From positions 1 through 64,000 of IMG/VR virus record IMGVR_UViG_3300013901_000015: a stretch of DNA of 64,000 nucleotides; one strand, written 5' to 3'. Origin of the DNA: a virus. Taxonomy: Duplodnaviria > Caudoviricetes. The notes below the pieces were generated by a model, which did not search any database, was not told the DNA's origin, and worked only from the letters and a program-made list of their open reading frames with translations. Shown piece after piece: positions 1-7,751 of this stretch; position 1 is the stretch's first letter; each line of letters starts with the position of its first letter. A program made the position numbers and the translations under genes.

Positions 1-630
1 TATGACTTCCAGACTGCCCTAGAAATGGTGAAGACCATCCTCGCCGACTACATCGTATCGAACGAGCAGACCATGGGCGACAACATCATCTACTACGCTG
101 ACAAGACGGACGATGTGGTGGAGTTTACGCTGAACGCCTCTAGAAGATGCAACGGAACGCTGACCGACACGCTAGCCAGAATGGTAGCCAAGTATGTGGA
201 GGACTACATGATATTCCAGTGGTGGGTGAAGACCACCAATCAGAAGCAAGCCGAGCCATACCAAAGTTTCATGACGATGGACGAGCAAGCCATCAGAAGA
301 TGCTTTGTGCTGAGTGGTCCAGTGCTGCCAACGGTGCCTTACACGCAACATCTTTCCGCCAAGGTGGATGGTAGCGATGCGGACGGCGGAATCACTATTC
401 GCATAGACGAGGATGACGTAACCCTGTCTTACAGCATAGACGATGGAGCCATAGATGATATTGAGGCACGAAGCAACGACAATAGCATCTTGGAAGTTCA
501 CCGCATACAGGAACCTCAAGCCTTCTGGTTGAAGCCAAAGAACACAGGCGTGGCATACGTAACATTGTTCTCCAGACACAGCGACAAGCTGAGCGTGGAG
601 GTGGAAGTAACCGTAGCAAAGGAGGTATAA
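1..630 (+). CDS. Virion structural protein, head-tail adaptor-like (probably 5'-truncated by the window)
   Basis: Frame is open from base 1 (first ATG at 25); lies upstream of the terminase; resembles the next ORF (YV/HY..D/G..LF/YQ/EWW/YF pattern); Ig-like C-terminus. Confidence 0.5.
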   Translation, partial: YDFQTALEMVKTILADYIVSNEQTMGDNIIYYADKTDDVVEFTLNASRRCNGTLTDTLARMVAKYVEDYMIFQWWVKTTNQKQAEPYQSFMTMDEQAIRRCFVLSGPVLPTVPYTQHLSAKVDGSDADGGITIRIDEDDVTLSYSIDDGAIDDIEARSNDNSILEVHRIQEPQAFWLKPKNTGVAYVTLFSRHSDKLSVEVEVTVAKEV

Positions 631-631
631 T

Positions 632-1240
632 ATGGAATTTAACCCATTGCACCCAACGCATATTTTGAGAGAGCGAGGATGGAAGCCAGAGCCTAACCCA
701 TTCTTACCTCGTCCGCCGAAACCTGCACACATCTACTTTGACAAGCATATTTTCATCTATGCCAACCAATTATGGTACGACATTGATGCCACCACGAATA
801 TGATTGGCAGGGCGAGACGAGGAAGCGACTCAAAACAGGATGAGATTATTCCGACTAGCGAGAACGACAAGGAACGACCGATGTTCTACCGATGGTTCGA
901 CAAATATCTTAAGAAGGTGGAAGGGATGCTTTCTGCCTACATCATGAAGCCAGAAGGCAGGGTGAGAGACAACGCCTTGAACGAATGGGAAGAGAAGGAA
1001 ATGTGGCTGAGGATGCCCGACTCTTGGGACGATGCCCGATTTGACGAGCTGGTGCAGAACATTCACCATTATATTTCGACCGGTGCGCTGTATGAATACT
1101 TTATGCTCACGCTGACAAGCAAAGACCCTCTGACTGCCGACAAGGCTCAGCAACTGGCAGATGACGAACTCGACATCATAGATGCGGCTAACGCCACCAA
1201 GGCAGGAAGCTTGGTGCATCCGATGAAACCGTTCGGGTAA
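632..1240 (+). CDS. Head-tail connector/adaptor-like virion protein
   Basis: 202 aa, GGAGG 6 nt upstream, in the packaging operon; weak similarity to the preceding ORF. Confidence 0.5.
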   Translation: MEFNPLHPTHILRERGWKPEPNPFLPRPPKPAHIYFDKHIFIYANQLWYDIDATTNMIGRARRGSDSKQDEIIPTSENDKERPMFYRWFDKYLKKVEGMLSAYIMKPEGRVRDNALNEWEEKEMWLRMPDSWDDARFDELVQNIHHYISTGALYEYFMLTLTSKDPLTADKAQQLADDELDIIDAANATKAGSLVHPMKPFG

Positions 1241-1276
1241 TGTTTAGTGTGTAGTGTTTAATGTTTAATTAGAACG

Positions 1277-1672
1277 ATGGATGATTTCGATTTTCAGACC
1301 GTAAGGGAACTTAAGAAGGAAAGGGCAGAAAAGGCAAAGGCTGTACTACCTGTAAAGAAGAGCGCACAGAAGGAATTTCTGCGTGACTTCTTGGCTCGCC
1401 ATCAAGAGAAATTTGAGGAGAAGATGAATGAGCTAGCCGAGTACGACCCTAAGACCTACGTAACCATCTACAAGGACTTGATGAAGCACATGATACCAAA
1501 GCAGAGCGAGGTGAGCGTGACGCATGGACTGGATGAGGACTTCAAGCAGCTTGCTGCGATGGGTATGACGAAGGTGAGCAACGACAAGGCTCTGGACATG
1601 GAGAGCGTACCTAAGATACAGGACGCTGACTTTGAGGAGCTAAATGACTTGGGAAATGGCACAGGTAACTGA
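1277..1672 (+). CDS. Probable terminase small subunit
   Basis: 131-aa helical protein directly upstream of and overlapping TerL. Confidence 0.55.
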   Translation: MDDFDFQTVRELKKERAEKAKAVLPVKKSAQKEFLRDFLARHQEKFEEKMNELAEYDPKTYVTIYKDLMKHMIPKQSEVSVTHGLDEDFKQLAAMGMTKVSNDKALDMESVPKIQDADFEELNDLGNGTGN

Positions 1673-3791
1673 AAAGGAAATAGATGACCTCGTACTGGAG
1701 AACCGAGCAAGGTACGAAGAGATATACGGAACTTATAATCCGTGGACTGGCGAAAACTGCTACGACATGGAGCACAGGGAAGTGTTGGAACTGCCCGACT
1801 TCATGATCAAGAAGATGTGGGTACCAAGGGAATGTATGCGTACCTTATTATATAGGGGACTCAAACAGGTGGGCAGTCTGAAAGAATACATCATACAGGT
1901 GTGGGGACGAGAGTATAACGAGAAAAGCTATTACACCAAGCAGCTCATTATGGTGCTGACCTTCGAGATTATGAAGGTTAGATTCAGGGAAGACCCCGAG
2001 TTTGCGCTATATGCGACCGACAAGATTGAGGATAAGGTGACAGGTAACATGATACCTTTCAAGCTGAACTATCCTCAGCGAAAGCTATTGAAGATATTCG
2101 AGGACTTAAGAACGAGTGGAGCCGCTATCAGAGTGGTGATCCTGAAAGCAAGACAGTGGGGAGGCTCTACATTGACCCAGCTCTACATCAAATGGCTGCA
2201 AGACTTTCGCCGAGACGGATGGAACGCCATCGTGCTAGCCCAGCAGAAGAACACGGCGAAGAAAATCAAGGCGATGTATCGAAAGGCTCTGGAGCATCAA
2301 CCAGGGTGGACACTCGGACACAGCGGTGCGAAGCTGCAATTCTCGCCTTACGAGAACTCGCCTGACGACTTCCAAGTTACGGATGGCATAAGGGCGATAA
2401 GACGAAGCACCCTGACAGTGGCATCCTTCGAGAACTTCGATTCGGTGCGTGGTAGCAACTTCCACTGCGCCCACTATTCGGAGGTGGCTTACTGGAAGAA
2501 GACACCAGAGCACGACCCTGAGGGCGTGATTTCGTCTATCTCTGGTGGTATCAGAAACCAAGAGGACAACTTGGAGGTATTCGAGAGCACAGGAAAGGGT
2601 AACTCGGGATTCTTCTACGAGAAGTGCCAACTCGCCATGGACCCGAAGAACAACGATGCTTACTCCTTCCTCTTCATCCCTTGCTTCTTCATAGAGCACG
2701 ACATGGAGGAGGTGAAGGACGAGCGAGCCTTTGCCCGATGGCTCTTGCAGAACAGAGACAAGACCACCAACCCTAAGGGCTACCGAGAGACAGGCAAGTT
2801 CTTCTGGAGAATGTGGGAGAAGGGCGCTTGCTTCCAAGCCATCGAATGGTACAGGAATTTCCGCAACAAGTTCACCACTCATTCCTTCTGTGCCACCGAG
2901 GCACCAGTAGATGAGGAAGATGCCTTCCGTAACTCTGGTAACTTGGTATTCAATCCTTATTCGATAGACGACCTGCAGAAGAAATACAAGCGTGAGCCTC
3001 TCTATACGGCGGACATCATGGTGAATACAGCAGTGAAGAACGACCAGACCATCGCCAAGTCGAAAATCAGCATACGAACCGACGGCATGGGCGACTTGAA
3101 GATTTGGGCGGTTCCAAACGTTCTGCAAGTAGAAAACAGATATGTGGTAAGCGTGGATATTGGTGGTAAGAGTTCGACATCGGACTACACCGTAATGACC
3201 GTGATAGACCGTTTTGGCATGATACCGACCATCAAGGGCAAGCCTAGGGTGGTGGCTAGGTACCGAGGTCACGTAAGGCACGACAAGCTGGCATGGATGG
3301 CTGCGGCTCTGGCTCACTACTACGATGATGCCATGCTGGTGATTGAGAGCAACACTGCCGACCGAGAGAAGAACAACAACACGGAAGGTGACCACTTCGG
3401 AAGCATTCTGAACGAGATAGCGGACTACTACGATAACCTTTATCAACGCACAACCAGCCCAGAGGACGTGAGTGATGACGTACTGGCTAAGTATGGATTC
3501 CAGACCAACAAGCTTACCAAGGGATGGGTAATCGACAACCTAGAGCAATTTGTGGACGATATGCTTTGGGATGAGCCTGACAAAGAAATGTATCATGAGC
3601 TGAGAATCTATGAGCGACATGACGATGGTAGCCTTGGCAATATCGTAGGCAACGGAAACCACGATGATGTATTGATGAGTACAGCCATCGGTCTCTGGGT
3701 TAGCGCAAACGACATGGAGAAACCTCAATGGAAGAAGAAAGACAAGTTGAGTTACGGAGGCGATGGTGTTCACTCGGTAGCCAAGATATAA
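1644..3791 (+). CDS. terL: Terminase large subunit
   Basis: Walker A-like ILKARQWGGST, Walker B-like AHYSEVAYW, coupling motif FESTGKG, RuvC-like nuclease YVVSVDIGG..SDYTV and HDDVLMS; start may be 1656. Confidence 0.92.
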   Translation: MTWEMAQVTEKEIDDLVLENRARYEEIYGTYNPWTGENCYDMEHREVLELPDFMIKKMWVPRECMRTLLYRGLKQVGSLKEYIIQVWGREYNEKSYYTKQLIMVLTFEIMKVRFREDPEFALYATDKIEDKVTGNMIPFKLNYPQRKLLKIFEDLRTSGAAIRVVILKARQWGGSTLTQLYIKWLQDFRRDGWNAIVLAQQKNTAKKIKAMYRKALEHQPGWTLGHSGAKLQFSPYENSPDDFQVTDGIRAIRRSTLTVASFENFDSVRGSNFHCAHYSEVAYWKKTPEHDPEGVISSISGGIRNQEDNLEVFESTGKGNSGFFYEKCQLAMDPKNNDAYSFLFIPCFFIEHDMEEVKDERAFARWLLQNRDKTTNPKGYRETGKFFWRMWEKGACFQAIEWYRNFRNKFTTHSFCATEAPVDEEDAFRNSGNLVFNPYSIDDLQKKYKREPLYTADIMVNTAVKNDQTIAKSKISIRTDGMGDLKIWAVPNVLQVENRYVVSVDIGGKSSTSDYTVMTVIDRFGMIPTIKGKPRVVARYRGHVRHDKLAWMAAALAHYYDDAMLVIESNTADREKNNNTEGDHFGSILNEIADYYDNLYQRTTSPEDVSDDVLAKYGFQTNKLTKGWVIDNLEQFVDDMLWDEPDKEMYHELRIYERHDDGSLGNIVGNGNHDDVLMSTAIGLWVSANDMEKPQWKKKDKLSYGGDGVHSVAKI

Positions 3792-3795
3792 GAAG

Positions 3796-3830
3796 AATCC
3801 CCACCCTGCTATCACAGCTGAGTGGGGATT
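3796..3830. terminator. Bidirectional hairpin between terL and the convergent lysis operon
   Basis: AATCCCCAC...GTGGGGATT followed by TTTGTT. Confidence 0.7.
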
Positions 3831-3895
3831 TTGTTATGAACAACATAAATTTAAAATAAATAAACAATCTTTCAACAAAACAAGAAAAACAACTA

Positions 3896-4204
3896 TCACA
3901 ATTTATCTAAGAATTTATCCAAATCTTTTGCATACCAGAACTTCTCGGTGAAGCCCTTTCGCTTCTTGCCTTCTGGAAGTCTGCCATCCTTGACTAACCT
4001 TCGGAAGGTGGAAGGACGAATGCGAGTGTAGGAACAGGCTTCGGCGAAGCTCATTCCCTCATCCTTGTTGGCGATCATGTGGAGGAAATCGAGCATCATG
4101 AAATTTTGAAGTTTGTTCGTGAGGCACCTGCCCGAGCGAATGCGGTCGTGCAACTCCATAAGTATGGAATCAATAGCCTCCAGTTCCTTTGAAATCTCAG
4201 CCAT
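3896..4204 (-). CDS. Excisionase/AlpA-like HTH protein
   Basis: C-terminal MSFAEACSYTRIRPSTFRRLVKDGRLP..G...W motif typical of MerR/Xis-like winged HTH. Confidence 0.65.
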   Translation of the reverse strand: MAEISKELEAIDSILMELHDRIRSGRCLTNKLQNFMMLDFLHMIANKDEGMSFAEACSYTRIRPSTFRRLVKDGRLPEGKKRKGFTEKFWYAKDLDKFLDKL

Positions 4205-4207
4205 AAG

Positions 4208-4657
4208 CTAACACTTTTTGTTGTGATACCACCAAATGAGGGTTGACACTCCAAGGACTAACGCCAAGAGAATACAGATAATAGATGCCCTACCTATATC
4301 CATCAGTCGCTGTTCGTTCTTGGTGAGCGTTCTCTGCACAGGATATGGGACGGAAACGGAATCTTGCTTGATGATGGTATCTAGCTTCACCTTATATATA
4401 TTATGGTAGCGGTCACGGAAGGTTATCTTCGTGTGGTAGATAGTATCGCCCTTCTGGTACATGAAAACGGAATCTTTTAGATATACGCTATCCAACTTGT
4501 GGAAGGTATCGGTGTGGTTCACGTATTCGGTGTGATACTCTGGCACCTTGATATACTCTTTGCTCTTGCAGCCATACAAGAGAAAAATGAGAAGCAAACC
4601 TAGCAGAGCACCAAGTGCTTTTGTCCATATATTTACATCATACCATTTCATACGCAC
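4208..4657 (-). CDS. Spanin-like lipoprotein (unimolecular-spanin architecture)
   Basis: N-terminal hydrophobic signal with lipobox LLYG-C, C-terminal TM helix; immediately downstream of the endolysin. Confidence 0.6.
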   Translation of the reverse strand: MRMKWYDVNIWTKALGALLGLLLIFLLYGCKSKEYIKVPEYHTEYVNHTDTFHKLDSVYLKDSVFMYQKGDTIYHTKITFRDRYHNIYKVKLDTIIKQDSVSVPYPVQRTLTKNEQRLMDIGRASIICILLALVLGVSTLIWWYHNKKC

Positions 4658-5193
4658 AAAACCTTTTTACATTTATCCGTCCACTTGGTTCGCTCGGAAA
4701 GTCCGTTGGTTCCACCATTGACTTTCTTTGTGACCTTCAATATATCATCTTTGTCGGCGAGGGCATTGAGACCTTTCTTCCACCAATACCACATGCCGCT
4801 CTTGACTGAGCCATTTTGAGTTTCGAGCAGTTCGGGTTGACTCATGATGTCGCCCTTGCAGAAGCCTGAGTTTTGATAAGCTTGGTAGTTGGCTCGTCCG
4901 GTCAACATCAAGAAACCTCGTCCACGATATTTGAGTCCATCGCCTTTCTGGGTGTTGCCTAACATCTTGGCTAGGTTGCCTTTGTCGTACTTGGAGAAGT
5001 AAGCTGGTTTGCCCACCTCCTTAAGTTGTCTTAATCCATTGGTTTCGTGCAAGACCTGTCCTAAGAAATATGCCATGCGAAGAGGTGTGTTAATCTCGAA
5101 GGTGTCCGCCCACATATTGATGTAATGCAAGTATCGGTCAACACGATTGGAATCACCGACAATCTCCAACATTTGTGCTCTCGTTATCTTCAT
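4648..5193 (-). CDS. Endolysin, glycoside hydrolase family 19
   Basis: TPLRMAYFLGQVLHET, GDGLKYRGRGFLMLTGRANY, TKKVNGGTNGL: GH19 lysin motifs. Confidence 0.9.
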   Translation of the reverse strand: MKITRAQMLEIVGDSNRVDRYLHYINMWADTFEINTPLRMAYFLGQVLHETNGLRQLKEVGKPAYFSKYDKGNLAKMLGNTQKGDGLKYRGRGFLMLTGRANYQAYQNSGFCKGDIMSQPELLETQNGSVKSGMWYWWKKGLNALADKDDILKVTKKVNGGTNGLSERTKWTDKCKKVLCV

Positions 5194-5639
5194 GCCTGTT
5201 CCTCCTCTGCCTTTGTTTGCTTCAAAATCTCAATCATAGCCTTGGCTATATCGTCTTTGTTCTCTAGGAGAATGCTAACGGTACGCTCTTGCTTTCGTAT
5301 CTCGGCTTTCTGCCAAGACTTCTCACGGACACTAACGAACTCGCAGAACACGCAATATCCAGCCCACACCATCGAGAAGATAGGTACAGGGCAGTTGGCA
5401 CAAGCGGCGATGATGTCTATGCACACTGCCACCATGAAGGGTGAAAAGTACTTGCGTGCCTTGTCGCACGTCTTCTTGAATCCTCGGCTGGTGGTAGCCT
5501 CGCCGTTCTCCTTGGCTTTCTTGATGCCAAAGAAGAGGTCAACGCCCATGGAAACAACAAGAGCACCCATACAGAGTGCGATGATCAACGCAACCCTATA
5601 TAGGTGCTCCTGAAGGAATGTTTGAAATATCTCTGTCAT
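5190..5639 (-). CDS. Phage holin
   Basis: 2-3 TM segments, VDLFFGIKKAK...TSRGFKKT..K, EFVSVREK pattern; upstream of the lysin; start placed at MTEIF (5639). Confidence 0.75.
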   Translation of the reverse strand: MTEIFQTFLQEHLYRVALIIALCMGALVVSMGVDLFFGIKKAKENGEATTSRGFKKTCDKARKYFSPFMVAVCIDIIAACANCPVPIFSMVWAGYCVFCEFVSVREKSWQKAEIRKQERTVSILLENKDDIAKAMIEILKQTKAEEEQA

Positions 5640-5669
5640 ATATACCATTAATGTTTTGATTAATGGCGA

Positions 5670-5707
5670 CAAAGGTAAATGATACTCCGATATGTTTTTC
5701 CGATACC
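5670..5707 (-). promoter_or_regulatory. Putative late promoter of the lysis cassette: GGTATCGG-N22-TACCTTTG
   Basis: Bacteroidota -7 element; same architecture recurs at 35182-35219. Confidence 0.6.
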
Positions 5708-5711
5708 ACGA

Positions 5712-6173
5712 CTACCCTGCTGTAACATACCAAAATATCTTGTCGGTGGGGTGATTGGTATCCTCATCAGAGAGAAAACTGACAGAAAGGTCGGTTATCT
5801 TGTTGATGACAGACTGCTCCGTTCGAGACCATTTCCTAACAAGTTCGATGTGATTGGAATAGACTAGGTTCATGGTGACGGCGAAGTCCCATAAGTTGTA
5901 GTCTGGGATAGCATCGGCTACCTTCTCGTATTCCTCCCTGACCTCCTCGTAGGAGAAGTATGGCGCAAAAGCCTTCTCTGTGTCGGAACGATAGTAATAC
6001 ATCTGTGCTATGCAACCTCTGGCTGATATTTCGTTGAAGTGGCTATTGCCGCTCATAAAGTAGTCTAGGGTTCGCATGGCAGACTCACGCTGAATGTTAT
6101 CGAAACCACACTCTCCATTCTCTAACATTCGCAGGGCATTTCTTGCCTTCGATAATAATGCTAATGATTCCAT
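5712..6173 (-). CDS. Conserved phage protein, paralog of 61484-61894
   Basis: Shared HF..., D..(V/I).MN...(N/D), ...(F/Y)(L/V).DED pattern with 61484-61894. Confidence 0.6.
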   Translation of the reverse strand: MESLALLSKARNALRMLENGECGFDNIQRESAMRTLDYFMSGNSHFNEISARGCIAQMYYYRSDTEKAFAPYFSYEEVREEYEKVADAIPDYNLWDFAVTMNLVYSNHIELVRKWSRTEQSVINKITDLSVSFLSDEDTNHPTDKIFWYVTAG

Positions 6174-6594
6174 AAGCGTATATGATAAGGGTTAATACTA
6201 TCAAGAAGTAGTGGGCAGGAAGCTGCTCGGGTGTCATGAACCAATGCTGGTACCACAGTCGGATGGCATTGATGCCTATGAAGTAGTAAAACGGAATGCG
6301 GATAATCCAACACCAGTGAAAGAAATAGCTCACAGGTATCATGGCAAACGGCATATACAGATAGCATAGCACGTACATCCAGATTACGCAACTGCCATTA
6401 TCATCTGTATCGAGGATGGTAGGTCTCGGATAATTGCTGTAATCATATACACCGTACCAGTGGCTTAGCATCAGAAGAAATGGTGCCAGCCAAGACAGGA
6501 ACTCATAAAAACAATAAATCTTGCGGCTCAGTATTACGCTACGCACGGCTTGCCGCTCCTCTTCCGTAAGAGGTGAATCGTTCTTTTGCTTCAT
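6097..6594 (-). CDS. Multi-pass membrane protein of unknown function
   Basis: 165 aa, about 4 aromatic-rich hydrophobic segments. Confidence 0.6.
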   Translation of the reverse strand: MKQKNDSPLTEEERQAVRSVILSRKIYCFYEFLSWLAPFLLMLSHWYGVYDYSNYPRPTILDTDDNGSCVIWMYVLCYLYMPFAMIPVSYFFHWCWIIRIPFYYFIGINAIRLWYQHWFMTPEQLPAHYFLIVLTLIIYAYGIISIIIEGKKCPANVREWRVWFR

Positions 6595-6740
6595 ATTACT
6601 TACGTTTTAAAAATAATTATGTAGAATTAATTACTAATTCCAGCTAAATATAGGTTAAATGTATTAATCTTCTGCAAAATTAAGCATTTCTAGACAAAAA
6701 GGAACATTTTTATGGTAAAAAGTTAAATATTACTATACAA

Positions 6741-6772
6741 TTTGGATATTTTCTAAATAAGTTGTATATTTG
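6741..6772 (+). promoter_or_regulatory. Bacteroidota sigma-A promoter
   Basis: TTTG(6741)-N20-TATATTTG(6765). Confidence 0.8.
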
Positions 6773-6794
6773 CATCATCTAAACAGACAAGTGT

Positions 6795-7250
6795 ATGGTG
6801 AGAAGAAAATTTGAGTTGACTTGCAAGATGCGAGAAGACCTAATGGAGGCTTATCGGGAGGTCTATACCAAATGCCGCACCCAGAGGGAGGCTTATGAAA
6901 AGACCGTTACCCATCCTGCCCCTCGCTTTTATGTTACCCCCAAACAAGCATACGACATGTTGCGACCGATGGTTATGGGCGACACTTCCAAGATAGAAAA
7001 GTTGTCGCCAAAGATTCGGAGCATGTATTTGGAGATGTTTAAGATATTAAATCAAATGACCCAAAAGCAAGAGTTTATGGGCAAGTCGCTCTGGTTCATC
7101 TGTCAGTTCTTGGTCTCTCAGCCAGCATCAGAATTTTATATCAGCGCAGATACGTTTAAAGATATTTTCCCCTCATTAAAGAAATATGGAAAAAATTACC
7201 ATTTCGAGGATATTAGGTCAAGACGGAAAAATAAGGAACTTAAGGGTTAA
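6795..7250 (+). CDS. Hypothetical basic protein (possible DNA binding)
   Basis: 151-aa ORF behind the promoter, coupled to the rhomboid gene. Confidence 0.6.
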   Translation: MVRRKFELTCKMREDLMEAYREVYTKCRTQREAYEKTVTHPAPRFYVTPKQAYDMLRPMVMGDTSKIEKLSPKIRSMYLEMFKILNQMTQKQEFMGKSLWFICQFLVSQPASEFYISADTFKDIFPSLKKYGKNYHFEDIRSRRKNKELKG

Positions 7251-7251
7251 G

Positions 7252-7695
7252 ATGGTTCTTAGCTTGGCTTGCATTGGTGGGTATTTCCTGCATACTGGAT
7301 TCTATGAGGGATGCCCATGGTGGAACCATCTGGTGTATAGCTTCTGCCATGCGAATGTGTTTCATCTTTGCATCAACATGATGGTACTCTGGAGCATCAG
7401 GAATAAGATTCCTCTGGCTGAGGCTTTCGGGGTGGCTGTAGTGGCTAGCTTTCTGCCGATGTATGTGGATGGTGAGACGATGGGGCTTTCGGGGTTCTTG
7501 TTTGGTGCTTTTGGGATTATGTGGGGAAGAACAGGAAGGTGGAAGGATGCCTTCGTAAAGGCGATGCCATTCATCGTTTGCACCATGATCGTGCCGAATG
7601 TGAACGGACTTCTGCATCTTTGGTGCTTCTGGTTAGGATATATAGTAGAATTTCTTCGTAATGTGTTTCATAAGTTTTTAAGGTTTAAGTTTTAG
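7252..7695 (+). CDS. Minimal rhomboid-family intramembrane serine protease
   Basis: HANVFHLCINM, catalytic GLSG, NGLLHLW His helix; start at MVLSL (7252). Confidence 0.8.
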   Translation: MVLSLACIGGYFLHTGFYEGCPWWNHLVYSFCHANVFHLCINMMVLWSIRNKIPLAEAFGVAVVASFLPMYVDGETMGLSGFLFGAFGIMWGRTGRWKDAFVKAMPFIVCTMIVPNVNGLLHLWCFWLGYIVEFLRNVFHKFLRFKF

Positions 7696-7705
7696 TTGAA
7701 ATGAA

Positions 7706-7738
7706 AAAGGCGACCGCTCGTAATGAGTAGTCGCCTTT
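7706..7738. terminator. Bidirectional terminator
   Basis: AAAGGCGAC...GTCGCCTTT between convergent genes. Confidence 0.75.
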
Positions 7739-7751
7739 GTGGTTTTGATGG

